Notes under the pieces: generated by a model
What the model saw: only the letters and a program-made list of their open reading frames with translations
Database searches by the model: none
Told to the model about the DNA's origin: nothing
Part shown: piece by piece, positions 11,782-25,279 of the stretch
Layout of the letters: each line of letters opens with the position of its first letter
How positions within the stretch are numbered: position 1 is the stretch's first letter
Source: Felis catus
Lineage: Eukaryota
Assembly: GCF_018350175.1 (NCBI RefSeq)
Contig: NC_058368.1
Coordinates: 137,022,001-137,086,000 of the forward strand
Direction of reading: 5' to 3'
DNA length: 64,000 bases
Position numbers and translations under genes: made by a program

Positions 11782-12828
11782 TCTGGTTATGATATATTGC
11801 TTAGAAGCTAAAACAGCACTCTGCTGATGTTTGGCAGTCCAGAGTTCTGCCGTGGCCTCTGGTCAGCTGTTGCCTCATTTTATTTAGAAACATCTCAGTA
11901 GTATTTCCATTTTGGGGGTGTGTAATTTTAATTCAAAGAAACCATTTCTTAAAATGCTTGACATTTAAGAAAATCTGGCACTGGATTGCCACCACTGAAG
12001 CCAAGTATCATATGTGTGGAAAGTAGCATGGCTTAGCGTATTATGTTCGCCAAATCTTCCTTAACATTAACATTTGTGCCATATGTTGGTACCCTAAACT
12101 CAGTACTCTTTTGGCTGATGAAAATGCAAAGGAAAACATTCTCAGACTAAATCCTGTTCTCTTTCTTTGTATACACTTTTGTGTAGTCACTAGCAGTGAT
12201 ATTCCTTTGGGAGTGAAAATGAGTGCCTGCCTTGTAATTCTCAATGAGAGGTCAAGTACCCAAAGGCTCGAAAGTGGGAAGATATGAGCCTGTCAGGCAA
12301 GGGTGTCTGAGGGTATCGAATCTGCGAGATATAGTCCTGTGTTCTCACTTTACTATTCAGATCCTTGCAATGTCTTGGGCAAGAACTTGGACATAGACTC
12401 CAGCCTCCTCATCTCCCAACACAATGTTTGGGAGGGTTGAGTGGATAGGAGGTGGCTAGAAATCTCTCATGGAATTTAGAGAGAGCCTTACAACAGAATT
12501 TCACAAAATGCAAGACAACCTGACGTGACAAGGGATCTATACTCGTATATCCTCCTTTGTGGGTCTTAAGTGCTATGCCTTGTGGTCTTTGAGGTTACAT
12601 CCCCTCTGAGTTCCCTCCTCTGCTCCTACCTGTTTCCATCCCATGTAGCCTCCATGATGTGAGGAAGAGGTAATGGTCTTTATGGCTTTGGACCAACCAT
12701 CTGCACCATTCTGGGTTTGCAATGTACTTTGTCTCTATGATTTATCACTATGCTCCCTGAGGCCCTGTGAGGCTCAGGCAGAGTGTGGGGATCTCCTTGA
12801 CACCGAAGGCACAGACTTTGCCTATATA

Positions 12829-12830
12829 TG

Positions 12831-12873
<43 letters not shown>

Positions 12874-12883
12874 ACACGCACAC
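12829..12883. repeat. (CG)n(CA)n microsatellite
   Basis: Direct observation; alternating purine-pyrimidine tract. Confidence 0.95.
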
Positions 12884-13144
12884 CTCCTAAACATGTACCA
12901 AAGTGTGGGATGAAAGGGCAAAGTTATGTTACCACTAAAAACACCAGAGGTTTAAACTATGATGGGAATTTTGGACCCAGGGCTTTGTTCCACTGCAGTG
13001 TTAAATAAGAGTGTGTGTTCTCGATGCTTAGGTAGGCCTCTTCATCTCTGCGATGAAGCATACGCAGTATTTAAAGGGAATGTTTGAAAATCCTACCTCT
13101 GGTAGTACCTAAGAAAGTCCGAAAATCTACCTTTGAAAAAAAAA

Positions 13145-13455
13145 CATGTTTATTATGTAAATACTCAAACTATAAATGCAGAGAGAATACCACAATGAAT
13201 CCCCATGTCTCACACCATGTTTCATTTATGACAAACCATATTGCATCTATTCCCCACCTTCTTTCCTACCTCCTAATTAGGATGATTTTGAAGTAGATTC
13301 ACAGCATCGTATTTTATCTATAAATATATTTAGGATGTACCTCTTAAACATAAGGATTTTTTCTTAAAGCATAGGCACAGTACTCTATGTAATATCTAAA
13401 AAATAAAGAGTTTCCTTAATCATCAGATATCCAGTTAGTATTCACATTTCCCCAG
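13145..13455 (-). mobile_element. L1MC-like 3' UTR fragment
   Basis: gattttgaagtagattcacagcat...ttccttaatcatcagatatccagttagtattcacatttcccc resembles antisense L1MC4/5 3' end. Confidence 0.6.
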
Positions 13456-13842
13456 TAAATCCAACTTTGTTTTTTTGGTTTTTTGGTTTTTTTTTTTTTT
13501 TGCCTTGGAATGAAAATCATTCTTAGAATTTTGTCAGTTCACTATTGAACTAGCCAGTTTTCTACCTTCAGATATCATAGAAGAATTTAGAAGTTTGGAA
13601 GGAAAGATCTGTTTGGGAAATGATAATTAAAATAAAGAGAAAGAAAAGCCATTTGGATTTCCTTAACCTGGAGTCAATGATTGTTAAGACTGACAAGGTT
13701 GGTACACTTATGCAGCACCACAGCAGTTCCTTTTTGTAAACTGAGGCATGGAAAAGAAAACTAACTGCCTTGAATTCACACAATTAATCACAAAGTACTC
13801 GATTTTGAAATTTAAGAAGCTGTATTTAAACTAGTTCGTATA

Positions 13843-14067
13843 GGGGCGCCTGGGTGGCTTTGTCAGTTAAGCAACTAACTTTGGCTCAGGTCATGATCTC
13901 GCGGTCTGTGAGTTGGAGCCCCACATCAGGCTCTGTGCTGACAGCTCAGAGCCTGGAGCTGCTTCAGATTCTGTGTCTCCCTCTCTCTCTGCCCCTCCCC
14001 CGCTCATGCTCTGTCTCTCTTTCTCTCTCAAAAAGAAATAAACATTAAACAATATTAAAAAAAAATA
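13843..14067 (+). mobile_element. Can-SINE
   Basis: ggggcgcctgggtggct head, (CT)n, A-tail; imperfect TSD aactagttcgta/aagtagttccta. Confidence 0.95.
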
Positions 14068-14164
14068 AAGTAGTTCCTAGCATTTTAAATCACTATAGAA
14101 GCAGCTATTTCCAGTGTTTTGTATGTGGTTTTAAGATCTGTGTGGCCGCTGGAATGGCTTAATG

Positions 14165-14472
14165 GCATGTCGTCCAGTTCAGTACTCACTAGCCCTGTGT
14201 GACTTTCGACCACACAAAATATGACTAATCCAAATTCAGTCGTGCTATACATGTAAAAAGCACACTGGATTTCAATCATTTAGTTAAAAAAAAAAAAAGC
14301 AAAGTGCCTCACTCATAATTATTCTATTGATTACATGCGTAAATATTTTTTGATGTTTTGAAGTTATTCAAATAAATTAAATTCATCTGCTTTTTTTTTA
14401 AATATGGCTTTTAGAAAATATAAAATTACATTTGTGGCTTGTATTATATAATGTTTCGATTGGACAACACTG
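14165..14472. mobile_element. MER33/MER3-like hAT-Charlie element
   Basis: cactagccctgtgtgact...cacactggatttc...aaaattacatttgtggcttg...attggacaacactg. Confidence 0.7.
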
Positions 14473-14488
14473 GTTTAGAGATTGTGGG

Positions 14489-14509
14489 TTTTTTTTTTTA
14501 ATGTTTATT

Positions 14510-14559
<50 letters not shown>

Positions 14560-14727
14560 CGTGAGCAAGGGAAGGAGGGCAGAGAGAGGAAGACACAGAA
14601 CCCGAAATAGGCTCCAGGCTCTGAGTTGTCAGCACAGAGCCTGATGCAGGGCTCACACTTACAAACTGTGAGATCATGACCTGAGCTGAAGTCCGACGCT
14701 TAACCGACTGAGCTACCCAGGCGCCCC
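14489..14727 (-). mobile_element. Can-SINE with expanded (GA)n
   Basis: Standard body; imperfect TSD agagattgtg/agagatcgtg. Confidence 0.95.
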
Positions 14728-15009
14728 AAGAGAGATCGTGTTTTCTAAGCAGGACTGCATCAATTGATTATACAACAGGGCTGTGGGGCCGGAGAGGCCT
14801 GGGGACAGTCATCTGTCTCACCCTCTGTTCTTGGTAAGGCTGGACACTAACTAAACCATCCTACAGAAAATCCTATTTTTAAATATTTGTGGAAAAAAAT
14901 AGATGTTCTTTCTGACTTACCCTGTGGCTTGGTCTAGTACAAGTAGGTGAGTTCTACAAATAGGAGAGTCGTACATCCGCTGGCACAAGTATTTTAAACA
15001 AAGAACTGG

Positions 15010-15747
15010 GAATTCTTCTTGAACTCTGCCTCTCCGTCACCCCTCAAGGCCGATCCAAACCCAAGCTCTACTTTCTAAATACCTCTCAGATCCCAGTCTT
15101 CATTTTCCTCTTGACCACAACAGCTCTCTGCCAGTCCAAGCAAGCACCAAGCACCGACTCACCAGAGCTGCTGTCCTCGTCTCGTATGTGGCCTTCCACA
15201 TCCCTCTTACTCCACTCAGCAAGCACATGGGGACATCATTCCCCTGCTAAGGCCTCCAGTTGTTTCCCATTGATTTCAGGGTGAGGTTCACACTCTGAAC
15301 TCGGCCAGCAAGCCCAACAGTCTGACCCTGTCCATTTTCCAGCTGCCTTTTGCTCATGTTCCCCAAGCTCTCTGCATTTTACTCATGTTGGCTTTCTCTC
15401 AGTTCCTCATCCATACTGTGCTCCCCCTCCCTTCTGAACCTCTATGCATGCCATTCCCCGGGCCTAGGACGCTCATCCTCTCCCTCTGTCACCTTTGTCT
15501 GGTTGGCACATAGTTATTCAGATCCCAGCTCAAGTGTTCTTTTCTCAGCACCTCCCGACCAGGGCAGACATACCAATTTTGACACTCAGCGTGTGTCACA
15601 GTGGTCATTTTACATTTGTTATTGTGATTATTCACTTAACACCTGACTCCCTTTGTAGACTGCTCTGTAAGGGCAGTGATCCTATTAGTTCACATTCACT
15701 GTTGTATCCCAACACAGTGCTTGGCACAAAATAGGCTCTCAATTAAC
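15010..15747 (+). mobile_element. L2 3' fragment
   Basis: Pyrimidine-rich L2 body ending ttcactgttgtatcccaacacagtgcttggcaca. Confidence 0.7.
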
Positions 15748-16161
15748 AGGAAGGAAAAAAAGACAAAAGGTGAGGTGATTGCACCAACAAGAATCCTGCC
15801 TCTTCTTCCTTTCCTGGAAGCGAAGAAGGCACATCCTTTGTCACCATTCCGTCACAGCTCTCTGACATACTCCTGGACAGACTTCTGGGGTACCCCAGTA
15901 TAGGGATTACCACACTTTCTGAGTTGTGTTTTAATTTCCTATGCAGAATCCAACCATTTCTCACCACCGTCACTACCCCTACCCTGGCCCATGCCACAAC
16001 AGCCTTCCTCCAGGAACTTTTAGCTTTTACTCTAAAATGGATGGAAAGTCACTTCCTCATAGCCTCCTAGCTCTTCTCCTCACTTCCAACTTTTGACTCC
16101 CTTTAGCCTACTCTTAACACAATAGTCAAATTGATTCTGTTAAAATGTAAGTTAGATCTTT

Positions 16162-16394
16162 GGGCACTTGGGTGGCTCAGTTGGTTGAGCGTCCGACTTC
16201 AGCTCAGGCCATGATCTCATGGTTTGTGAGTTTGAGCCCCATGTCGGGGTCTGTGCGGACAGCTGGGAGCCTGGAGCTTGCTTCAGATTCCATGTCTCCC
16301 TCTCTTTCTGCCCCTGCCCCGCTCATGCTCTGTCTGTCTGTCTGTCTCTCTCTCAAAAACAAACATTAAAAAAATTTTTTTACATAAATAAATA
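16162..16394 (+). mobile_element. Can-SINE (first of a tandem pair)
   Basis: Full head and body; the pair is flanked by TSD aaaatgtaagt(t/c)agatctt near 16142 and 16661. Confidence 0.95.
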
Positions 16395-16602
16395 GGGGCG
16401 CCTGGGTGGCTCAGTCGATTGAGCGTCCGACTTCAGCTCAGGTCATGATCTCATGGTTTGTGAGTTTGAGCCCCACATCGGGCTCTGTGCTGACAGCTCA
16501 GAGCCTGGAGCCTGCTTCGGATTCTGTGTCTCCCTCTCTCTCTGCCCCTGCCCTGCTCACACTCTGTCTCTCAAAAGAGTGAATAAACATTAAAAAATAT
16601 TT

Positions 16603-16658
<56 letters not shown>

Positions 16659-16660
16659 AA
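16395..16660 (+). mobile_element. Can-SINE inserted in the A-tail of the first; (TAAA)n tail
   Basis: ggggcgcctgggtggctcagtcg head follows directly after taaataaata. Confidence 0.95.
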
Positions 16661-18171
16661 AAAATGTAAGTCAGATCTTGTCACTCCCCTGCCTAAAATT
16701 CTCCTGTGATCTTTTTGGAGTAAAAGCCAAAGTCCACCCAGTGGCCTCCAAGGCTGTCCATGATGCAGTTACCCCTCGGAACCCATATCCTACCACATCC
16801 TTTTGCTTACTCTACTTCAACCACACTGGCCTTTGGTTGTTTCCCACGCACAGCATGCAGGCTCTGACCTCCAGACTTTTGCACTTGCTGCTCTTTCTTC
16901 CTGGACAGCTCTTCCCCAGATACCTGCATGGCTCTCTTTTGCTTCCTTCAAGCATTTGCTCGGTACTACCTTTTCAGTGAGGCCACCCTAACCCTGCCCT
17001 CCTCAGCACTCTCTATTCACTCTTTGTCCTGCTTTCTATTTCTCCATATCTTCTGACATGTAACTTACTTATTTTGTTCAGCGTCCATTTCCTTCCGCTA
17101 GAATGTAGTCTCCATAAGCATAGAGATGTTTGTCTTTTGTTTCATGATATATCCCCAGTGCCTAAAACAGTGTCTGCCGGGACAGGTTGTTGCCAGATAA
17201 ATGTTTGTTGAATGAAAAAGACGCAGCCCATGCACCAGAAAAGTAGGCAGGCTTGAAATCAGCCATCTAGTGTGAACATGCGGAACCTGCTTTTGTTGTC
17301 AGCAGGCTGACTTGGCTCTACCTCAGAGCTGCTTCAGGAATCTTGGAGGTTCCCTAAGCCCAGATTAGCTGCCCAGTTTCCCAGCTCCATTCTGGTAACT
17401 GTCTGTGAGGCCCAAGGAAGCAGTTTGTTTCCAGAGTGCATCTAAATGTCTCCCCCCAACATCTTCCCCTCCTCCTCCTCCTCCTTCATCACACACAAAT
17501 ATACCACACAACCCTCTCACTTTCCAAGGACACAACTCAGGCTATTTCTAAAACTGAGATTCTGATCCAAAACAGTAGCCAACACATAGTGCGTCTCCAC
17601 GTGCACAGGAAGAGACAGGAGACCTCTGAGCAATTTCCTGGCCCTATATTTTTCCATTCCAGTAAATGAGGCCTTCTTTAGCTCAGGAATCTCTCTCTGA
17701 ACCAAGCCAATGCCTTAATGGTACATGCTCTTTGTCACTGTCTGGGCTTGTTTCTTTGTTCTTTTATTTACTATTTTAAGTGATAAACGCCTGGGTCCCT
17801 TATGTCAAAAAATTTTTGACCTCCAGCTCTACCAGATGTTGACTACTAGTTAAGGCACATGTAATGCTAATGGAGAGTTCCTTTCCTAAATAGGCATTTT
17901 TATTTAATAACATATAATACTTAAATTGCACTCTCTGTCTCCAAAGGGTTTTGCAAGCTATGTACTCCGTTAGGCTGAGCAGCACTTGAGTTCATGCTTT
18001 ATGGCTCGGAAACCAGCAAGGTTATATAATTTGCTTAGTTTGTAGCTAGCTGTGCTTCAGACAAAGCACTTTGCTTTTGTAACAGATAAGGAAAATATGA
18101 CCAATAAAAAATGTTATTGACAACTGTCTTAATAAATAAATTAGTTTTGAGTTATTTCCGTATGCTTTAAA

Positions 18172-18350
18172 ATTTTTTTCAAGTTTATTTATTTATTTTG
18201 AGAGAAATAGAGCACGTGAGTGGGGAAGGGGCAGAGAGGCAAAGAGCAAGAATACCAAGCAGGCTCTGCATGGTCAGCATGAAGCCCAACCCTGGGATCT
18301 TGAGCTGAGTCACAATCAAGAGCCTGATGCTCAACCGACTGAGCCAAGCC
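18172..18350 (-). mobile_element. Can-SINE, internally deleted
   Basis: T-rich tail, ccaagcaggctctgca, gctcaaccgactgagcca. Confidence 0.85.
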
Positions 18351-18700
18351 GTATTTGTAACTTGCTCACTTGGCTATGCTGGCTCCTCCCCCTCTCTAGA
18401 TATCATTTCATGGTCCTCTTGTCCCTTCCTCCCTACCCCTTCTCTTCCTCCTTGTTCTCACCTTTATTCTCTCCTTGTTTCTGGTTGTACTCTCGCTGCC
18501 AAGGGAAGCCCACCATACCCACAAGCCTAAAAGTAACCCTTATCCATATCCTTCTGAGACCCATTTTCATCTGATAAGCATATTGTTGTTCATGGATGGG
18601 GAGGGCTTGAGGTCAGGTTCCTAGGGGGTGCTGAAAATCAAGAATAAGTGTATTTTTTCTGGTTTATTAATTTTATGTAGTGGTGAGTGATTTAAAATAC

Positions 18701-18905
18701 TTTTTAAATATTTTTTTTTGAGAGAGAGAGAGAATGAGAGAGAACAGGGGAGGAGCAGAGAGAGAGAGAAGGAAAGAGAGAATCCCAAGCAGGCCTCGCG
18801 CTGTCAGTGCAAAGCCCGACATGGGACTCAATCTCACAAACCATGAGGCCATGACCTGAGCTGAAATCAAGAGACACTTAACTGACTAAGTCACTGTGGC
18901 ATCCA
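18701..18905 (-). mobile_element. Can-SINE
   Basis: gagagaatcccaagcagg...catgacctgagctgaaatcaagag. Confidence 0.9.
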
Positions 18906-18970
18906 TAGAGCATTTTAAATGCAAACAAATGTGGACATATAATGAAGCAGAATGTAAAACAACAAATACA

Positions 18971-18971
<1 letters not shown>

Positions 18972-19020
<49 letters not shown>
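18972..19020. repeat. (CA)n microsatellite
   Basis: Direct observation. Confidence 0.97.
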
Positions 19021-19022
<2 letters not shown>

Positions 19023-19789
19023 CTGGTTAAAGTTTGCAATTGCACCTGTGGCAGACCACTTAGGATTTCTCTTCTCTCCCATTAGGGTTACTTGGATTAG
19101 AAAAGTCTGAGGGGAACTAACATAGCATAGCATTTCCTCTGGGGTCCAGGGAGATGAAATATTGGGATTGATTTTCTAAGAGCTGGCACAGTAAGTATTG
19201 TTATTTCATTCTTTCTTTGAGCAAGAATTTTTTTTTCTTCTGGAGATTATCTTGAAAGTAATAGAGGGAATCTGGGACATCCTTTCCCCTGGACCTTGAA
19301 CATTGACCAGGCAGCAGTCTTCCCAAACTAAGGCCTGAGTGGCCCTTTTCTCATTAGGCACCAAATAAAAGCAATAAGTAAGGAAACCTGTTGCACTTGA
19401 TACTGTAATGGAAAAGAAATGTGTTCAAAGATGAAGCTTCTGTTACATAGTGATTTCACACCAAGTGTGTTAAAGACCTGTATAGGGAGTAGAAATGGGG
19501 ATGATAAAGGCTGAGTCACTATGACTTTGATTTGACTCTAACCTGTCCATACCCAGGTGCATGTACGTACTTCCTTCTTAGCCCCACAGACAATTTATTT
19601 GGAGAGAAGATACAGCACTACGTATGTAACACCATGCTTGTAGAATACACCTACTATATAGGAGAGCAGAGAGCCCAGGAGACCAAGTCAGAAAACCTGG
19701 CTTTGAATTCCAACTCCGTCAGCTACTAACTTTCCTAAGCATCCATTTTCTCAGCTCCAATAACACTTTATTCATCAAATGTTTCTAAC

Positions 19790-20131
19790 TCCCTGTACAT
19801 ATAGTTGGATTGCCTTTCTCTATTCCCTTTATAGGTAGACTGGCCTTGAGACTTGCTTTGGCCAACAGAATGTGAGCATATGTGACATGTGTCATTTCCT
19901 TATGGAATCTTTGAGAAGTAGTTCATGATTTTGCATGATTTTCTATCCCTCTGCCATAGCAACCTGAAACATTTCCAGTAATAGCTATTCTGTCAGCCTG
20001 AGGCCTAAAGTTAAGATGACCTGGAACAAAGTCACATTTTATCCAGGTAATGGATATGAAATGGAAGTAAGATATAAATCCTTGTTTTCTTTCTTTTCTT
20101 TTCTTTTCTTTTTTTCTTCCTTCCTTCCTTC

Positions 20132-20194
<63 letters not shown>

Positions 20195-20261
20195 TTAAAA
20201 CCATGGCAATTTGAAGGTTGTTTGTTATTAAAGTACAACCTAGCATATACCCTGACTAATA
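19790..20261 (+). mobile_element. MLT1-type MaLR solo LTR inserted in a MIR, containing (TTTC)n at about 20085-20195
   Basis: gacttgctttggccaacagaatgtgag...gtacaacctagcatataccctgactaatac; MIR halves at about 19670-19760 and 20280-20350. Confidence 0.75.
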
Positions 20262-20751
20262 CGCTATTTCATGGATCTGGAGAAAGATTAAAATGAGATA
20301 CCTAATAGGTAGTATGCATGGCCCATAACAGGTGCTAAGTAAGTGTTAGTTCTTCCCTCCTTCACCACAATTCTCTGCTTTGATCCTTCTCAGCCCTTCC
20401 TTATAAGCCCTGAGCTATGCTACTCTGTAGAGAGTAATTTTCAATTAAGAGAGAATGAAAATGAACTTTAAGACTTCCTAAACAACTCCCTAAGACCCTT
20501 TAAAAAGTAAGAGAGCCAGAGTGGAGCAGAATGGAGAATTCCCAGGGTGGAAAGAGAACCTTCTCTCTGAGACCTATAAAAGAGAAAAGAGCTAAGGGTC
20601 TCATCAAGGAACTCGGCCAGAAAGCAAAACAAATGAACTCTGTAAATATCCAACCACAGATAGGCTGCCACCCTATAGCATCGTTCTGCCGTCATGGAAC
20701 TGGAATCAGGGCATGGGCAGACATCTCACGGGATTCCAGTTCTCTCTTTCC

Positions 20752-20832
20752 TTTATTTATTTTTTTAATATAATTTATTGTCAAATTGGGTTACGTACAA
20801 CACCCAGTGCTCATCCCAGCAAGTTCACCCTC
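20752..20832 (-). mobile_element. Very short feline L1 3' end
   Basis: aatttattgtcaaattgg...caacacccagtgctcatccc matches the reverse complement of the L1 3' end at 51190-51240. Confidence 0.85.
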
Positions 20833-21519
20833 CTTTAACAAGTTATCTGTCCTGGAGTGAAGTATATTCCTTGATCTACTTGGTACCAACTTCGTTGACA
20901 TTTCACCAAGAATGAGGAAACCAGCCAGACCTCCAGCTTTGAGCATTTTTCTCACTGGTTTCTTAAGAGGCCTCTCCCTTCCTCCACTCACATCCAGACT
21001 GTAGCTTCATGGGTCTGAGAGGGGAAGCCTACCAGGGCTTCTGATGCTGCTTTGACCACATCACTTGAAGTTGACCACTTCACAATTCATCCATTGAGGT
21101 CATCAACCTAATACCCTCTTAGGGTATTTAAATCCACTTTAAAGGAAAAAATTTTTCTACTGAAAGTTACTGTAGAAAGGGGTGTCTTTGAGCTTCACTA
21201 AAAGGGTACATCATAATTGATCAACTTAGACTTAGGTCTCCAAGTTGTTGAAAATTTTGAAAAGAGGGGAGGAAAAGAGGAATGGATGAGACAGCTATAT
21301 GAGGTCTCTAAGTTTAAAGTTGCTTCCAGTAATTAGAGGCAAGTTGGACACCTCTCTTTCAGAACCTCCACTGGTAGAAGAGATAGGCAGAAAATGGGAA
21401 GGGTGACAAAGGAGAACATTCATTCAAAAGACCTGTCTTAAGCATCTATGGAGGGGAAGGTACTGTGCTGGGCATGGAGGGACAATGGCAAGAAGACAGT
21501 CATGGCCCTGACCTTTTCA

Positions 21520-21698
21520 AAGGGAATATACATTATTGCTCTTTTGTGTGGGTTCATTGCAGAATTTTACCATCCCTGCCCATCCGCAACCACTAGATGC
21601 CATTAGTGGCCCCTATTCATTCTGCTAAGCAAAAGGTATCCTCCCTGTTTTCAGATGTCTCAGCAGGGGACCAGAATGCCTCCAGTTGAGAACTACTG
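21520..21698 (-). mobile_element. MER20-like hAT-Charlie MITE
   Basis: catccctg...ccactagatgcca...ccagttgagaactactg terminal motif. Confidence 0.7.
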
Positions 21699-21959
21699 AA
21701 CTTGAGTAATGATAGCTACTGAAGGTGATATAACAGAGCCCTCAAAGGGGCTTAGGGACCCCAGTGAGGGTAGAAGGAGTGAAAGAGGCCTATCCTGAGA
21801 CCCCTTCCTCTCCCTGAGATGGCTCTTGATGTCTGCATGTTTCCCCAAGGAAGACAAAGGATGATAGGAAAAAGGGGGCACATTCATTGCGCGCCCAATA
21901 TGGCTGGGTAAAGTACTATGAATGTTCAAGGGCGTTATGTTAGAAAGAGGCTGAGCAAT

Positions 21960-22205
21960 ATGTGGGAGGAACACAAACTTGGAAGTCAGGCAACCCAGGG
22001 TTTGAGTTCTGGGTCTTCCACTTACCATCTGTGACAGGGCACAAACTGTCTGCATCCCAGTTTCCTCAGTTGTAAAATAGTGATTAAAAAATGAGTAAGC
22101 CACCTCACAGGGTTATCATGAGATCCCATAAAATAAGAAATATAAAGCACTTGATACCAAACAAACAAAAAATGGCGCTCAAATAGTAACTATCATTTAC
22201 TAGTA
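21960..22205 (+). mobile_element. MIR
   Basis: cagtttcctcagttgtaaaatag...cacctcacagggttatcatgag core. Confidence 0.8.
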
Positions 22206-25200
22206 TCTGGGCTTCCTAACAACACTGGTAAGAAATATTCTATTAGTTGTAAAGAGGAAAGAAGAAGACCTAAGACAAGACTAGGGGTAGGAGCTAGAAA
22301 AATAATAAGGCAATCAGTAATTCTCATTTCAAGTTCCTTGATTTTTGCTTCATCTGAACTGGCTGAGAGAGAATCCCGGCAGTTACCATGGCCCTAAAAA
22401 TGGGCCCCCTGGAGCCCAGGCTATTGCATACTGACCGGACTACTGGGATGGGGGAAGGGGACATTTTGGGTCAAAGACGATGGACAGGGACGAACTAGTT
22501 TGCTGAGGTGTACAACATGCTGCTGGGGAGGTCTAGATTAAGTTGGCTGAAGGAACCCGTGAGTTATGAAGCAGGTGGGTTGGAGGCCTGGGGCTTGGTA
22601 ATGTAGGTTTACATGCTTCCAAGAGCTGATACTTGAAGGACTGGATTTGTTCTGTGTGGTCCCAGGGGCAGGAACAGGGCCAGTGGATGGAGGTGACAGG
22701 GATGCATTCATCTCTAGTCAGTACAGCCATTAATTTACTGGAAACTTGTGAAAGGCTCGAACTGGAATTTATTCACTGTAGTGATCGTAGCACGAGCCCA
22801 GAGCGTCACCCACGTGGGACAGCCATGGAGTCATAGCTGCTAGGATTATTACCAGCTGGTCTTAGAAAAAGCAGCCAGCTCTGAAAAGCTGACTGTCGCT
22901 ACATCTGAGACTTATGTTAAAAAACAGTATGTCACCCAGCACTGAAACTCAGGGCAGCCCATCTATTAAAGCCCAGCAACAGGTACTTTACCCTTACCTT
23001 CAACACTGCACTTTGCAAACCCTGAAACAAACAAACAGAAAAACCCCTCTATTAGGCTCAAATATTGTTTAGGTAATAAAGCCAAATAACTATCCATGGG
23101 ATAATCTGGAAGTGAAATTTTAAGCTAGATAAACATTGAGCCTGCTACGAAAGTTCATTCTAACTTCCTTTGACCCTCTTATAACTGTGGTCCTCAGCAT
23201 TTTGGTTTGTGGTAAGAAAGCATTGCTTCTCTCCTATCTAGAAGGTCTACTGGGCCTGTTTCCTCTTGCAGTTTTTAAAGAGGAATATAGCTTGCCCTTG
23301 AGTTCCAAGCCCAGCTCTTTCTGCCTAATTCTGTTTTGATGCATCTGATACATAAAGTTGATAGACTTGTAAAGTGTGCGGGACCAGAAGAGACAGAAGC
23401 ACCATTATCTCTCTAGCTTGAGCTCACTGAAGTAAAAGCTCCCAAACACAGCATCTGCATAAAAGCAGCTGTCCTAACCGCCTGTCTATGATGAAGGAAA
23501 TACAGATGAGGAATCACATATCTAGAATTGCCCTCTCTTCCTATTTCACGTTTTCAGTTATTCGTCGTTCATTCCAAAAACATCTATCAAGTCCCAACTA
23601 TGTGTCAAAAACAGTGCTCAGTGGTGCCTGATGCAACAATAATATTTTCTGAGTGTTTCCTATGTGTCAAGAATGTATGAAAGACATCACATGCATTAAT
23701 TCGTGTGACTGTCCCAGCATCATATGAGGTAGGTTCTTTTCCCCATCTTACCAATGAGGAAATATGTTAAACAAACTGCCCAAGGTCACACAGATAAGAA
23801 GGAAGGAATCAGTAGTTTTTTTTGAAGATAATTGTTTGATGAAGAAATTAAACAGTAATGATACATACTTCCAGATACTTTCTAGACTTCTGTCAAATAT
23901 ACAAACCGGCTGTAGGTAGCAGTTTAAGAATGGGAAAGCTGTTTGCCACCCAAGACCTAGATTATTTAAAGTACCTCCCTGCATTTTATTAGTGAACCCC
24001 AGTTTTGGTCTCCTGCAGTGATTCCCAGACTTCTCAGCATGAGGACTCCATTGTAAATTATAAAAATAAACCCATTTTCAAAATCCCCAGTAGGTTAGAA
24101 GCAATACAAAATAGCCCAAAGCCCTTTGAATTCAGTAACATTTAAAAATTAATTTATACTTTATTAATCACCCTAATATAGTTATATTTGAAGAGCAGAG
24201 GCACATAGACATTCACAACACTGTTTAATCAGTAAGTTTAACCTGAGTCCTCAGATCCCTAGAGATTCACAGAGCTGTATCGCTTCAGCCAAATTGTTTC
24301 CCTTTGAGCCTCAGTTTTCTCATCTCTAAAGTGGAGATAATAAGAGCTTTTTTAGAGGATCTCAGAGAAAATTAATGTGAGGCCAGCAGGACCGTGGAGG
24401 GCTCTTGCTCTTGAGACTGCAACAATGCTTAAAAACACAATCCCTGACAAACATGATTCCGATCCAGTTAGGGAGAACAGAAGCACATGAGAGAGTTAGT
24501 GAGCTGGGCATCCCACTGAAGTAAACTGCCTTCTGCAACCTAGTTGCAGAATTTGACTTGATAATGTATAAGGCAGAGAGTGTGTGCACAACGGGTTCAC
24601 TATCACCTTACACACAGGAAGTTTAATTCACTTGAAAGCTATCAATTTTTCGTTGTGTTCGTGTTGGGCTGCTGTCTCTGACTGAGACACTTGAAGTTAC
24701 AGGGATCCCAGGTGTTCTGGGTTTAGATTCGTCCCTTGCTGTGCTGCCCGGAGATTGCAATGGGGGAGCATGAGCCTGTGCACATCATGGTGATGGAAAA
24801 TGTTTGATTTGGTTTGGTATGAAGCTGCAACTCACATTTATTGAATGGCTGCCATGGTGAGGGGGTTATACAATGGCCCTAATATTAATATTTGATGATA
24901 TTTTGATCCAAATATAATTTAAAGCACATTTATCATGCAAATTGAAACTTGCTGTTTAACTTAGCTGGCTCAACCCCCAGCCTGAAGTCACAACCTTACA
25001 CTTTTATAGCCTGCATTCACCACATTTTCAGGATATCGTTGACTCCAGGGATAGAATCTTCTAAGTTTCCCTCTGTGAGAGTGGCTTGGGGGCAGCAGAA
25101 ATTACTCCAGTATCTCCCTTTGGGTTCTTGGACTAAGAAAACAAACTGTTCTGTCACCCCCAAACTCCTACTTCATGGCTTTAGTGAGCACACAGCTGGA

Positions 25201-25279
25201 TAACCTAGCTGCCTCTCTTCCTTCCACTGCCAGGAAAGTGGGTCCCATGAGCAGTGGAGTTCAGATTAATAATTAAAAG

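Larger units (their letters stand above)
15920..17216 (+). mobile_element. L2a 3' fragment interrupted by two SINEs
   Basis: aatccaaccatttctcaccacc...ctagaatgtagtctccat...ataaatgtttgttgaatgaa (L2a tail). Confidence 0.8.

Noticed and set aside
13843..13920. tRNA-like A/B-box sequence at SINE heads
   Set aside because: tRNA-derived Can-SINE heads, not tRNA genes.
14921..14953. 33-nt minus-strand micro-exon candidate (tttgtag| ... CAGG|GTAAGT)
   Set aside because: Isolated, no recognisable peptide, and within chance expectation for splice-like motifs.
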